Counted from the stretch's first letter, positions 32,001 to 36,034 are shown. The stretch: 64,000 bases of DNA from Candidatus Freyarchaeum deiterrae (GCA_037305845.1 CP147778.1:2688001-2752000); one strand, 5' to 3'. The notes: generated by a model not told the origin, from the sequence alone. Made by a program: numbers and translations.

Positions 32001-33299
32001 GAAAAATTCATGTGGAGCAACAATCCAGACGTACAAATCATAGGAATAAAAATGAAGCAGATGGAACTAAGACTATTAGACCCCAGCTTCGAAACATTCG
32101 AAGCCCGACCAGAAACCCTAGGCGCCGGCAAAGGCGCACTCGCACTTTACCTAACACAGTACAAAATTTATGAAGGAAGCGAAGGACCATACATCAAAAA
32201 CGTGCCCATTATACAGGGAGGAGCGGAAACAGGAATAGACCCAGTGGCACTAGAAGAAGGAAAAATGCAACTCATGGCCGAAATATTCTACAAAGGAGGA
32301 AGCGTAAAAGAACTACAAGAAATGGGATTCACAAAAAGAGACATCACACTAACACTGGACAGATTCGAAACAAACATACTCGAAGGCAAAACCGGAGAAA
32401 AAATGACATGGATACAACAATGGGGCATACAACACTGGGCAGACAAACAAAGATTCCTCCTGGACCCATCCACAAAAACACTCGGAGAAATGATGAAAAG
32501 TGGACTAATCCTAGACGGAGTCTCAACAGTAATAGGAGCAGCAAAAATGATACCCTTCCTAACAATAGTCGCACCAATCCTAGAAACAATAGGCTACACA
32601 GCAGTCGCAGCCCTAGAATCAATGACAACAGCCCCAACACTAAAGTATAATGCGACATCGGGAGAATTCTATGTTGGTCCAGGCGGAGCCGTAAGCAGCT
32701 TCCTAGGCAACCCCGACTGGAACCTCCTGGCGGGAATAGCGATGACAGTAGGCGTCATGCTCACAAGCCTGATGCAGTTCGGAGCCGGCCCATTCAAAGA
32801 AATCGAGTTCAAAATAGACATGATGAGCGTAAACATAATACTCGCGGGAGCACAGCAGGCAATGATGAGCCTCGGAATGTGCTACGTCCCAGAAAGCACC
32901 ATAGCAGACATAATGAAACCAATACTGGGAATCGTAGGAGTAAGACTACACCCATACATAGGCGCAGCATTCGAAATAGCCGGACTCCTATCCATGCTAC
33001 CACAGGTAGACCAGTTCTACCACGAAAGAATATGGCCCATAGCAAAACTCGCACTCGGAGCATCACTAATGGGCACAGAACAAATAATAGTAGGATCAAT
33101 AGCAACCGCAGCAGCAATGACCGCAATAGGAGCCATCGAAAACGCATGGGAAAACCAAGTATTCGGAGACCCCTGGTACCAAGACATACAAATAGACTTC
33201 AAACCCATACTCGCAAACCTACCGTTAGAAACGTGGGGAGTACAGGACTACGTAAACAGCTGGATAACCAAAAACCTGTACGGAATGTGGTACATGTAA
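11049..33299 (+). CDS. Giant (7416 aa) cell-surface glycoprotein with a C-terminal non-glycosylated region and hydrophobic helical bundle; candidate adhesin/effector-delivery protein
   Basis: Uninterrupted 22,251 bp ORF; hydrophobic N-terminus; very dense N-x-S/T sequons; recognisable CBM-like, DNRLRE-like, DUF2341, GATase-like and Ig-like modules. Confidence 0.9.
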   Translation: MFFCALFIGADVQQMQAVQQIMDNIYQYVNMPDMQQAERDGNIAQCLNTFFQGGAIGLYEGGWPWGHGYVADVWGPDWEKPKPGHVYVYNDTSYVGGRRTLYFEIISYPYYDVNSLPDGLLRELCGNYSDPLAKPDPLVIYHRYNDEKVPWAGDQTSLSTFMGRMLLLSKLRHIDYSNPVNLAEQWSNYLDRYQFDFNDLDYIYRNFPLVLQNPWLWLQSGSSLNSLMELVGSGVNLNNFSFVSGDNPLYNFLCSVWGAEQLYSLWEANFNQTDAWQLVRFGNDTFVPLPYLVSYTHVLDEMGVLSPFGGMDSDSEIYGTDSNWNLTRNGNASLYSYEFTLSSIFNSLANSTLISDCSNDSEWNATGQNVTLSTDGYSIIVNVTGKSSNTTTLSYRLNQPLNLSNYQSLLLWFNVNATRSNFTTLKITLYDQQGNWKTYSNWTYNTSQRWERLTLDLDEPDSKNGTFGNLTNITITATPNQNLNYSLSIDDVRVSSRILCECLWNTDWSYQLLNGTGNLTTTVYGYPYVYDYPYSLGLEWNLTNVNGSAKYVYNPRGNWSLDPEGFLTFMLYGFGTEQQNATLTLRLCTDQNNSFNYSLGKVDWYGWRKISVPLKLMNKTGSANLSRLDYLEFKLDSMSNGTGKLVVSDIRVEPAQWTKVEFVVPDTLNNADKDSYPFIDLYCWNGSKWLTVGRWDANDSSASVGYSVLWSNLTLLDGTNASKLFSNQSLCLYPVGNGSKNPYSGAAGAINYTTTNKNSAGFAVMLPPPAYGNRSSVKFKVEVHYNSTGDVINTSSYPLALLYFNSTFTNLSLTAKDCYDIWLDHTFLSNWTYDNWSVNSTHTSNGDILDVWTKYKGSNANYTWYTNLSNVVDVGCYPNVYLVVKITSYNKTDGSGTNKNQLGVEIYDNVSKAWKISSTYVTGNATNYTYVWQMNSSWDVGRVGFFFNYRSSGGQQEVKIDSVKLVTVQNSSQYQENQYPLYTGNGSSVLFLNLRTAAGAGKQLREFRVNGGNVTLLSAVLSSLGNWTVDSLNSTVFVAGGDSVTIQGSNHMYLNYTFSPLLNINYSNTFMDVVYTSSYSYDENISNLTLRVKVDNNWLNYTLPPNSEESQRFRIPLNGSNLGAICFEHSTNTSEDWFSIQSINVFHLTNITQYLQTAVGYWNQTSLSVPGYSPRFTQILNATELPASLSAWAYVNGSNSSSLTVEFFDENGTFLKSDTVSVNGSNWHPVCLVDFTQPENASTLKFIVAADKLDHAYLCPSILTSGGIYEGFNSLKGWTAIGNGTAENNSQGLTVTLNNGTLTLWTDVSELGFDFSSFDTIAAAYNISDNVNASIVFDWLLVDANGNQTDYQSYVNLSKDSACAVDSISKYYKTYAPIPFPFEDCVENFSYTNFDLNRIMLNFSGTGQANVSWVQTQYIPDWDFISVTDNITSTHLYVNWLTKSLVFGGVFNSSTMGKPNWVGLMHTFLEDVNLTTNPVLEVDFRTQNTSLKLGLEVLVYDELGFQWVWKHLPASDVIFEHPVYTPAFVNVPDYLRSKDGRLYTSLRAIRLYVNDTTGNYSGLGSMEVSSVWLHPACGAPLSFLVLDDFEADDLSRWQEEAGWLLPYTDLTQWSSNQIICGGNIAYGPPGWEDDSFQTGWYSGYNYSSNGDVLTWTPSNYPLNVYNITGGTSDTEVELSTYLNTRWFRQGDTQMRLGREDTTCWVYVPPYAYPVTVYVYKRSFVRFPLYIPENAIITNAWISLKSKTNETNSFPCAINLLDSGNFPEFTSDPWDWPTSGGAVGWTVQNTTADCWYNTSNISSLVQRFINTTGYYPGKYVGFRLMDNDTVGDWKTWYTYESDPQNAPKLYVSYTVPQNYYISKEINVDVGEYPCLVFRAKCNVDNSTIKVALGTPGDRYYYKTSFELNQNYRTFAVPISNGFNATSITVFYPEFQNVKVDIDYVGLLRSVSLEGTVMNSSLSVNGGFENGDFYNWTLSQCYGCTVESSGLVAEGVHAGKITCNGVGQWLSRTVPGDNIVKFSIYKPGSFNTSSKYFFQLYDAGSGKKIIFYLVDSFDTNVSLYGDSKNKAIPWSQKSGTYKDYYIDPHALYNLYWNNTDPTQVEIRFGVEANQSSSYMIIDGFGVWDRGSGLAPNNIAIDSSMPLDNHDSLKLSYSFPSESTDVCTYTFTIDRDFSQEKYFSLWVYRDSKKWNNTLDICLRCKDGSFGGWNMTMNWTQDWKKLVLPLDNFTYQSESVVSGQLEKIVISLKDQYGYVKEDDWILISGLLFGHQYNFTLTSESYSGNGAVRIQNPSGGWVKVFASGNETGTIPFTPDELLCFAAMPKGDTPWAVMVDLTLKDGSTATLVWYRGSRPIPSEYPYDYLTQIDSNPDNWNEYRLNLFDAVKNYAEQMGRGGFQSIDKVAFLVGPGEVVFDSVLVRNVPENLDTSPLSVLSSPVIFFYDEAYPCSCGVGGNDWSLVNKTFTTLEAGLKNMNISVVWADAQETRKLMSSYPRSLLVIAGSIVPDTICGREGYSVLENFVERGGTVLFLSDDYAPVSAVGREGYETLWLNGIGLEYLLDAKSPTTELFNYSSLKPLNITMDPTEMGGSLGALNRLNASGFAWLIPYLRYQNLWVETYYYNSSEQLGRGVCVRPQDSLGYVAEFPLSMVSEGNDTGVVVKFVSDHFINLWLDTSGSNFDDYERPLPGVSDEKFMDYYGEMKAGNWTFTTDIPSEEYYASADFSASWHVYLNTSLSSDRNDSITATYSVNPNSNISISEFPFFTATILTIGNYTRLKLEAEVSGQYYTLFDDNASDWRKYVWYLPNICAEGEFQGMRVTMYENCSDGAGNASVTLTNLGAYTVAVPEYGFPKSLNVDFQNSSLYDYLFSGDSDYPFMGFKFNDTKDSVYTITREYPQPYSFLDYPYLEFASSGTEGNYTVELWLQKKCSEQSYAWYLLDCFNGSDSGSSQRVMGYNLYAKFNAYYEQFKGVTADLKGWKLILKGNAQQNDSKNCLFTLKYIALTDYYTGWRIYPGGMNYSGGQGYGNGGGSGLGMEQGLGASENSSLSPSVSSVSSSSSSGQDSPAISESVKSSGVDVSEIVSKEDYCLSPSAWSVYNSSGGVEARIVSGEYVELWMRRAIADDWAMFRYDLGEGVNVSQTNFLDFKMRVRPEGGLRLVAYVEVSSGGGLVELGEYSADGVWISWRLDVLSLLAKAGVNNSLVTGLVFKLVCEGGSGRYDCYADLSYLKFSGFASWRGGLSTLFYNDGVYSVFHFESLRGATIIYSIPPDYRGFSLTFNANYFLEKTSCKGVNMFFYDFTQGSWVNVLTLDRMESWENVSVGVDGNFVRGYDGRFLVYLAPLYSEDIDVNLRLDSAEVVATTSTQNYLKQSGLLTMSLDGTSGSGGGSLPTDLDKVFDHLGGEAVWFGEDYYHSGSSVSDWLTGWSYRKPVRVNNSGSVNLYAFQVKLTLQGTNPSQVGYVDFGKIAPDGSDIRFTAADGLNPISFWIESWNNTNKTATVWIKCPLLGNNSVTVYYMYYGFKNAESLSNGEDTFLFFDDFSGDILNPGKWIVTGNVTVNNGVVTIGGGSVESRIESTYKYGNMTIVQCRAQVSDNWSTPTQITRNYSVDGSASDSELKTTPSFFGPTTYENYYTSSSMSLGYDGFYTFYPSHRTFVRFRLDIPVGSTISNAYISLKSSINESTSGNQSDMWLLNYYNCPDFSGGTPLQDMPTAGNPVYWTLPVTYQDNWYNTADISSLIQSYIGMANYQPGSCYAGFRIGEGTMVYPLKSWYQCDSNASNAPRLVVSYIPPLNQSTISAVVSLSDYSDPDPGDVITLGRVDGNTYPGKWVGVVRDYPPSSYYVNSTGWSADTDWHVFQVEWRGANSTRLWRDSSIYDGFLNYSNVPDGDNPLRVMHETNATQRSGTKLLVDYTFVRKYAQVEPTVSYDLEQLPPSVPPASSSYVPVDRLSGSEMVHLYWHMLANVSSIDDYYLEFRLRGDVGAVFENNVQGEANAKLDLYKEFMLSLRGVIDPPVNYTAGGDYRNVNMTVRLYVQYFYANNSAIPNGTILFNETTINYLDNNNWISYVLDVPSKAPAGASKWTPLIRTVGRPADSFCHLFLDDMKCPQTYQTSQQNTSANIAWVAGDGHGHVLNCSSTGSGDSTIWDQVLNIPFSPDLMFNFDINPINGGGGGGGGWWLGLKFRVQLYEFLTSYNVTLNVTSPTSYVGPMDVNLSFENGTCFKGSLFVMEDNATHVPFTVRNQTVLGDYVLNMSISILANVSAGETKQYKIFWSDYDNPLPDLVSPNLRVVNWTDNTQGKNVSVNCTATDANMSRMVLHYYDGSANCSKDMVLKSGFYVGNFSYSGSYQFWVEAFDNCSNPMRTWTYPGNPPVLNVNMSESEVYIRDSIPAGTDSVWLYYSDGAQKCLNSTEDSLTYGYRLDCVRGGWNQFLRLPYSDILEIFTLRYESLPSWQPMVLERIEGGGLGNSSYMLDNIKWGLYPRTVLDYSSQSAMNFYFSYDPSIPVVKIVSGRIISGGAALLNATCSDIPSQTLNETTAGIGRVEYTVSNSTSVVYNSTMVKQHADNNDTTYVYTDFWYDYFDSTTLPDGFYKLNVSAWDNSGNRADDTQYIIVYNSRPKVEFLNVYDNLSVGRVLSVLARTTDVFDVTNTSLTVTNIGTGNTTVYNMKEGYFQKQNIWTYNVLFNQSGRYTLSCNATDYFGVGSDVVRVNISVDASLPSVIINSPQPNEWVSGQYLLNVTAFDDNNISSVRWRVYVIANETTGRLEIPYGYSDVWNDTSSIGGGIYTAVWNTTSLNASESLIHRYVVVFKVSDNNTIPNTVYSNVTICVDNTVPYIIDGPSVVAQNNVEEGKNVEGFTKETNENGTVIYTKFVNASLTFAVSDERLMKYYDIEHNTSQANLEAYLGCLGMTILDEYENGSRFYSDCSVMSGSNGVFFVVENYTLVSGMHNLTLTVSDLAGNTNRSIRKVDIVVDQTAPIVIPILPRTGMWLKRVINANWILGSFMGALYWLDSLFDTETSIPDWSEGVLFGVYVDDLASPVLTNTIYLDLSNRLIHFGPMTPDYYPWIGMFNDFSERGALNRIVQAINNLSDSDADLLYSFLACSGYNDLGLMKFERLYSDKVFWYGVAFTPLDFLFNILSLSCLNPTTFTCKFTAWDKAGNEGYAYSTFGIIPYADRFFLQMQGSDNCFYGYASFDAYVKTIQQEIENAHQQGNGTSQGTSSSQGNGTSQGGAVQYVDMSVSTPLSNIIVNSSSLSSGSDTLNSQSCGVCGGGTGSVSGNETGWAPVENLATVEQALNYELSGDVSFLPWMKFNFRVFGAPRDISLNVKFGVAPCVRLFFDPLSFEEYGSKDDSVLLRATPDTWNTFTIPLYRMARSLGLFNGLNAPTNISTISVSAYGERKTWERRAVFDNFWVATPVPLVEDYAEKAALSRDNYYKVLNVTKESNFEVLKQDISEVFAASYMGDFEYLAAVLGNFTQHLFPSGEMAEFTGASVRVVSYNNSLNESVPLFVVYSFPEGLENVSLLAAYNYTNIPNLDLSREAVLNANITQLCQLLAQGGGVLKPYGLSDADLAYLPYGAASFVIVNDTVCIDRLSAKPCTIQTVLATIASIAERVWNQKCVAQVVEQEQEAQQIEALRAFINEEAYRVDTFNKLLAALQWVNYMHPYNWDRKSFDTLIDPNTSPYWLSYTYASWGNATGYELLSECLANITQMLDFGDYFGAPPVFITSGEYNRTADAAGEKCVLIYKALERNPSWNYLLGAVQGEVLCAVFNDTNVLNVAKEFGRRANSTLADVYVYLTEMAFMYTRPYNTEEIMNSPALDALGQLFSGATNIVDQIGSQVQNLIQYFTAVPFVNLVSTLNALFTQKFDQKCISLGIDNYVEWLAQQDEASLNDFGDNNTYDSGTISALDPGETLGESASNNSMPTNGYDVSSSSVPPSTGQVIQQNSLYSNVNAIWDAILTNPLTIYAYEYTKSDWRTPKQGQAVTPPNGPILYMGSRQSGGKLGFESSRFLYNIIKILQNTFQEREGSGSEFTRSLLAYYIGKQHRDLSKLASLYPNIGVDQALGVYIIDTTNTLVDPTTGIVFPIDDKEQPTGFWDFGITVQLSLVSYGDVDGGFIDEAFIIQNDPTTCLARKLWLQQVDSQGKPIITNDRLIRLGLGYYERTGETLHFQSCIDDKTGAIIRLPLWDMGFNPNTIEPGKSDYVIKLDQIYEDGRKFDTGKFDWSKAQPTFEKTGEAMIWGKIIPNGDKCILNLVRQNIDYLLPASTDVTDDPYSIWWTSSTQLGTFSDGTLHAKWNGGDLPSLLDNLMNAFGVNIGEQDMIRLYSKDYMRPSQGGQSLKIMKCISQMLDGMSIAWMAGMARKPISFDKVRSVLGQTFVEQYFKAYLENGRHINDKGLMEGSDRYALEMLQGSEICNVDPNGGTNRINPIFYSVDIDPSILDQTTHTGYSLPRGDMPLFKVPASEFKDQLPDSIKPDEKGYVLLGIDIPTSEEKGQPVVFIPIFTKDAPISHNNNPSDFTQRITDTKSPVPVVSIMQQFWNSIEKYAVYTYNGKEYKPLLKTEEPTTEKTNIYSDSEYTPTSFLEIFHMLGILENICALFATHTGASEDAKTRRETLSLAYFFSELRGVLVDEPKTCLELFKAFGGDKVLAELRKIKPIIPYSNMAQLGWFTLTGRTLEDVKNAFPECKKDIESLLQLCKSGENIIPTQVDLLTILLSYTGAQRAIGQKNIYLPIKVDTTDHTYKIGSAVFNINTEDLKLLDNVGVPTDEYGITFLAANYRQSPDLSFTQLKAKDEQLLLKVGGIQILNTVEPASIREVFGGRVAGVPKEKQNPQIFDNLLKFTEVSIPGSYMRGGEEIQRPYSSGYYSFVEWLMSEKMRLGEIFDIGKKEGMDKLNYMDLLIKGWGNERSTKILEQQKSLDNEYHTRLEDLWALYLHQRTRISPTERSSMDTFGTLYQILKGDITEEMGNQHAIDYVAEKFMWSNNPDVQIIGIKMKQMELRLLDPSFETFEARPETLGAGKGALALYLTQYKIYEGSEGPYIKNVPIIQGGAETGIDPVALEEGKMQLMAEIFYKGGSVKELQEMGFTKRDITLTLDRFETNILEGKTGEKMTWIQQWGIQHWADKQRFLLDPSTKTLGEMMKSGLILDGVSTVIGAAKMIPFLTIVAPILETIGYTAVAALESMTTAPTLKYNATSGEFYVGPGGAVSSFLGNPDWNLLAGIAMTVGVMLTSLMQFGAGPFKEIEFKIDMMSVNIILAGAQQAMMSLGMCYVPESTIADIMKPILGIVGVRLHPYIGAAFEIAGLLSMLPQVDQFYHERIWPIAKLALGASLMGTEQIIVGSIATAAAMTAIGAIENAWENQVFGDPWYQDIQIDFKPILANLPLETWGVQDYVNSWITKNLYGMWYM
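16023..16610 (+). other. DNRLRE-like domain 1 in the giant ORF
   Basis: RSFVRFPLYIPENAIITNAWISLKS...WYNTSNISSLVQ...APKLYVSYT; paralogous to domain 2. Confidence 0.65.
18351..19060 (+). other. Class I glutamine-amidotransferase-like (flavodoxin-fold) domain in the giant ORF
   Basis: VIFFYD...LEAGLKNMNISVVW...LLVIAG...LENFVERGGTVLFL alpha/beta pattern. Confidence 0.5.
21306..21670 (+). other. DUF2341 domain in the giant ORF
   Basis: WSYRKPVRV...DGSDIRFTAADG..ISFWIESW...VWIKCP...YMYYG...NGEDTFLFFDDF; matching tail RKYAQVEPTVSYDLEQ near 22790. Confidence 0.85.
21840..22415 (+). other. DNRLRE-like domain 2 in the giant ORF
   Basis: RTFVRFRLDIPVGSTISNAYISLKS...WYNTADISSLIQ...APRLVVSY. Confidence 0.65.
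23550..23573 (+). repeat. (GGT)7 GGC microsatellite encoding a Gly8 linker
   Basis: Read directly from the sequence. Confidence 0.9.
23890..26570 (+). other. Tandem bacterial-type Ig-like (Big) repeats in the giant ORF
   Basis: Repeated D/N-x-x-P starts and A/S-x-D-x-x-GN ends (SAWDNSGN, ATDYFG, VSDLAGN, AWDKAGN). Confidence 0.75.
26685..26744 (+). repeat. 18-bp tandem repeat (QGNGTS-QGTSSS-QGNGTS-QG linker)
   Basis: CAGGGAAACGGAACCAGT at 26685 and 26721, with a variant unit between. Confidence 0.9.
32502..33150 (+). other. Gly/Ala/Met-rich hydrophobic helical bundle at the giant ORF C-terminus
   Basis: At least five hydrophobic or amphipathic segments, e.g. LLAGIAMTVGVMLTSLMQFGAG and IIVGSIATAAAMTAIGAI. 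Confidence 0.65.
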
Positions 33300-33345
33300 T
33301 TAACAAAACAAAAAATTTTGAGAAGAATATACACTCTAATTGGAG

Positions 33346-34404
33346 TTAGAATCTAACTTTTATTCTTTTTATCAAATTTGGAGGTTTAGCCTTCAGCTCT
33401 TCTTCAGTAATCAGTTCGCTCTGCTTCGGAAGTCTGGGAAGATAAAACCATCTGAAACTAGTAAAGTCCTTATGAGCATCATCCAAACCCCTAGATAACC
33501 CAGCATACCTCTCACAGTTATCACAGTAAACACAAATCACATCCCCCGTTTGAAAATGCCAACCCTCAAAGTCCTCAAGCTCCCACCTCCTCTTAGACAA
33601 CCTGTCCAAATACCCCCATTGAAGACGTTCCCCGCACAGACACAGAAAAAACGGCTTATCGAACTTTCCCACACCATCCACTACCTCCCGCGGCAATTTC
33701 AGCTCCTCAGCCAACACCTCAAACTCATCCAAATCAAAGTCATACTCCCACCGATGGTGCCAACCATGCAAATACTCGTAAGCAGCTTCCTCAACATACT
33801 TATAAAGACTCATCGAAGGCTCGTACCCCGAGGGAGCACCTAGATTATCAGGAGAACCGAAAAACTGATAAACGAGTTCCAAATCATCATTATCCGCTTC
33901 CGGGAAATCCACCGAAGGATTAACAAGGTCAGCTGGAACTATTTTCGAAGCCTCTTCAGAGTCCAACTGTAGAAGCGCCCTACCAGCAACTTCACGAACC
34001 AGTTTCGACTCACTGGAGTCGTTAAAAACCACCTCAAGCGCTGAGAAAGCTTTTCGATCCCCGATTTTGCCGAGAGCGTAGGCGGCGAACTTACGCGTCT
34101 CCGAATGTTCACTCTTCAGAAGCTCCACGAGTGGCTCAACCGATGGCGTACCGACTCCTATAAAGGCGTCAGTCTCGGCTTTCATAAAGTAACGATAGGG
34201 CAAGTCACTTTTCTCTCCATGCTTCTTCATCCACTTTATGAGAGTTGGAATCGCTACTGTATCACCGATAAACCCAAGTACCTGACAGGCAAAAATAAAC
34301 TCACCAAAAGTGACATCCGGATTATCCCTCACCGTTAGTGGATTTTCCAAAAAATCCACAACACGAACTGCAACATCCCTCAAAGTACTATGCTGTTCAT
34401 TCAT
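33346..34404 (-). CDS. HEAT-repeat (PBS-lyase-like) protein with a C-terminal Cys-rich, probable Zn-ribbon domain
   Basis: SVEPLVELLKSEHSETRKFAAYALGKIGD and LVREVAGRAL; CLCG...CVYCDNC. Start set at ATG 34404 because the upstream extension is low-complexity. Confidence 0.8.
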   Translation of the reverse strand: MNEQHSTLRDVAVRVVDFLENPLTVRDNPDVTFGEFIFACQVLGFIGDTVAIPTLIKWMKKHGEKSDLPYRYFMKAETDAFIGVGTPSVEPLVELLKSEHSETRKFAAYALGKIGDRKAFSALEVVFNDSSESKLVREVAGRALLQLDSEEASKIVPADLVNPSVDFPEADNDDLELVYQFFGSPDNLGAPSGYEPSMSLYKYVEEAAYEYLHGWHHRWEYDFDLDEFEVLAEELKLPREVVDGVGKFDKPFFLCLCGERLQWGYLDRLSKRRWELEDFEGWHFQTGDVICVYCDNCERYAGLSRGLDDAHKDFTSFRWFYLPRLPKQSELITEEELKAKPPNLIKRIKVRF

Positions 34405-34680
34405 CACACATCCCACAAAAAAATATATCCGACACAACAATATAAACACAACGCAAACCATACACTCTCCCAAAAAAAACAAATTAGAAAAAACAGACCC
34501 AAAAAAGAAAACAAGAATAAGAAACCTATATCAACAAGCCCCAACAAATAATATAACAACAAAAAACAACCAAAGAAAAAAAGCAAAAGATAAAAGCCAC
34601 AAAACACAGAATTATAACCATAGAAGAAGACAAAGCAAAGAAGAAGCAAAAGAAGAAAAAGAAACGGAGGAAAGCAACAG

Positions 34681-35214
34681 TTGAAATCCCTAGGATTCGT
34701 ATTCAAAATAGTAGTCGTAGGAGACGGAGCAGTAGGAAAAACCAGCCTCATAAAACAATGGACAGAAGGAACATTCAGACAAGATTATATTGTCACCATT
34801 GGAAGCAATTTTGCTGTTAAGAGTTTGGTTGTTGATGAGAAGCCGATTAAGTTGCAGATTTGGGATTTGGCTGGTCAGCCTCATTTTAAGGATGTTCGTG
34901 TTTTGTTTTATAAGGGTAGTATGGGTGCGATTTACGTTTTTGACGTGAGTCATACGGATAGTTATGATAATGTTTTGAACTGGTATAAGGAGTTGAGCAA
35001 TATTTGTGGGGATATTCCAAGAGTTCTTATCGCGAATAAGGTAGACCTTCTTGATCAGCGTAAGATTACTAATGATAAAGTCTGTGCGCTGTCTGAGAAG
35101 CTGGGTGATGTTTCCTTTTTTGAAACTAGTGCTAAGACTGGGCAGCAGGTTCATGATTCTTTTCAAAAGATTGCTCAGCTGGTCTATGATTGGGCTAAGA
35201 AAAAACAGGGTTGA
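34681..35214 (+). CDS. Rab-like small GTPase (Ras superfamily)
   Basis: G1 GDGAVGKT, G2 YIVTIG, G3 IKLQIWDLAGQ, G4 NKVD, G5 ETSAK; no C-terminal Cys prenylation motif. Confidence 0.95.
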   Translation: MKSLGFVFKIVVVGDGAVGKTSLIKQWTEGTFRQDYIVTIGSNFAVKSLVVDEKPIKLQIWDLAGQPHFKDVRVLFYKGSMGAIYVFDVSHTDSYDNVLNWYKELSNICGDIPRVLIANKVDLLDQRKITNDKVCALSEKLGDVSFFETSAKTGQQVHDSFQKIAQLVYDWAKKKQG

Positions 35215-35287
35215 TGGTGTCCTGCTGGAGGACTGGAAAAACGAATTTGGGTTTTTCTCTTTCTTTTAGAAGTCGAACTAATTGGTG

Positions 35288-36034
35288 TTAGTAGAAGATG
35301 ATGCTGCCGTCTGGGTGTGCTTCGTAATAGAGTTTTGTTGTGTCGAGTAAGAGGGGGCTTTTTACTACTTGCATATAGTTCTTTATTTTCTCTCCTTCTT
35401 CTTCTACTTTAAAGTTAATTACAGTGTCCACTAAATGTGTTATTGTGGCTAGAAACTTGGAACTGTGTGCATCCATGTTTACAAAATAGAACGCCATATC
35501 TCCGTACTTTTTGTGTAACCTTATCACGCGCACAAAAAATTTTGTAAGCTCGTCTTCAGGTACTCCGATTGCCAAATCGGTTAGGCTATTAAAATCCCAA
35601 AAAACCCATGTTTCCTCGGGTACTGATTCTCTAGCCATCCTCATAATCGAGTATAATTTATCTGTGTTGAACGGTTCATCCAAAGTATGAACTAAATCCT
35701 TAAACAAGTGGTTTTCGTCTTCAAACACGTTAGAATAACCGTTAATAATCTTCCACCTGTTTAGACTAGAACTAGCTGAAAGGTTATTAACTTCCCCTTC
35801 TTTAGATTGTAACCTCATCGCAAAATCGATGTACTCCTCCGCTGGTATATCATAGTCAATTATGATCGCAAAGAATTTTTTGTCTTTGATATCTATTAGA
35901 TTCCAGTTGTGGAACTCAATGAATCTGGTAGCAGCCTGGAGGGAGAGAAGAATCACCGAATTATCTAAAAAACCACCCCCCAACCGGTCGTTCAATTTTG
36001 GTAAAAATGTTTTAATCATTAAAGGTTTATCCAT
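35288..36034 (-). CDS. RAD55/KaiC-like RecA-fold protein, Walker A degenerate
   Basis: KTFLPKLNDRLGGGF start; LVDTVINFKVEEEG...MQVVKSP end; P-loop position reads LQAATRF. Confidence 0.8.
   Translation of the reverse strand: MDKPLMIKTFLPKLNDRLGGGFLDNSVILLSLQAATRFIEFHNWNLIDIKDKKFFAIIIDYDIPAEEYIDFAMRLQSKEGEVNNLSASSSLNRWKIINGYSNVFEDENHLFKDLVHTLDEPFNTDKLYSIMRMARESVPEETWVFWDFNSLTDLAIGVPEDELTKFFVRVIRLHKKYGDMAFYFVNMDAHSSKFLATITHLVDTVINFKVEEEGEKIKNYMQVVKSPLLLDTTKLYYEAHPDGSIIFY

Noticed and set aside
11188-33349. Many short alternate-frame and antisense ORFs inside the giant gene and other CDSs
   Set aside because: Shadow ORFs explained by codon bias and strand skew; the main frames carry the recognisable domains.
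8008-34680. Provirus or conjugative element interpretation of the island; giant C-terminus as a tape-measure protein
   Set aside because: No integrase, capsid, terminase, VirB4 or att repeats seen; the giant protein is dominated by glycosylated surface domains.
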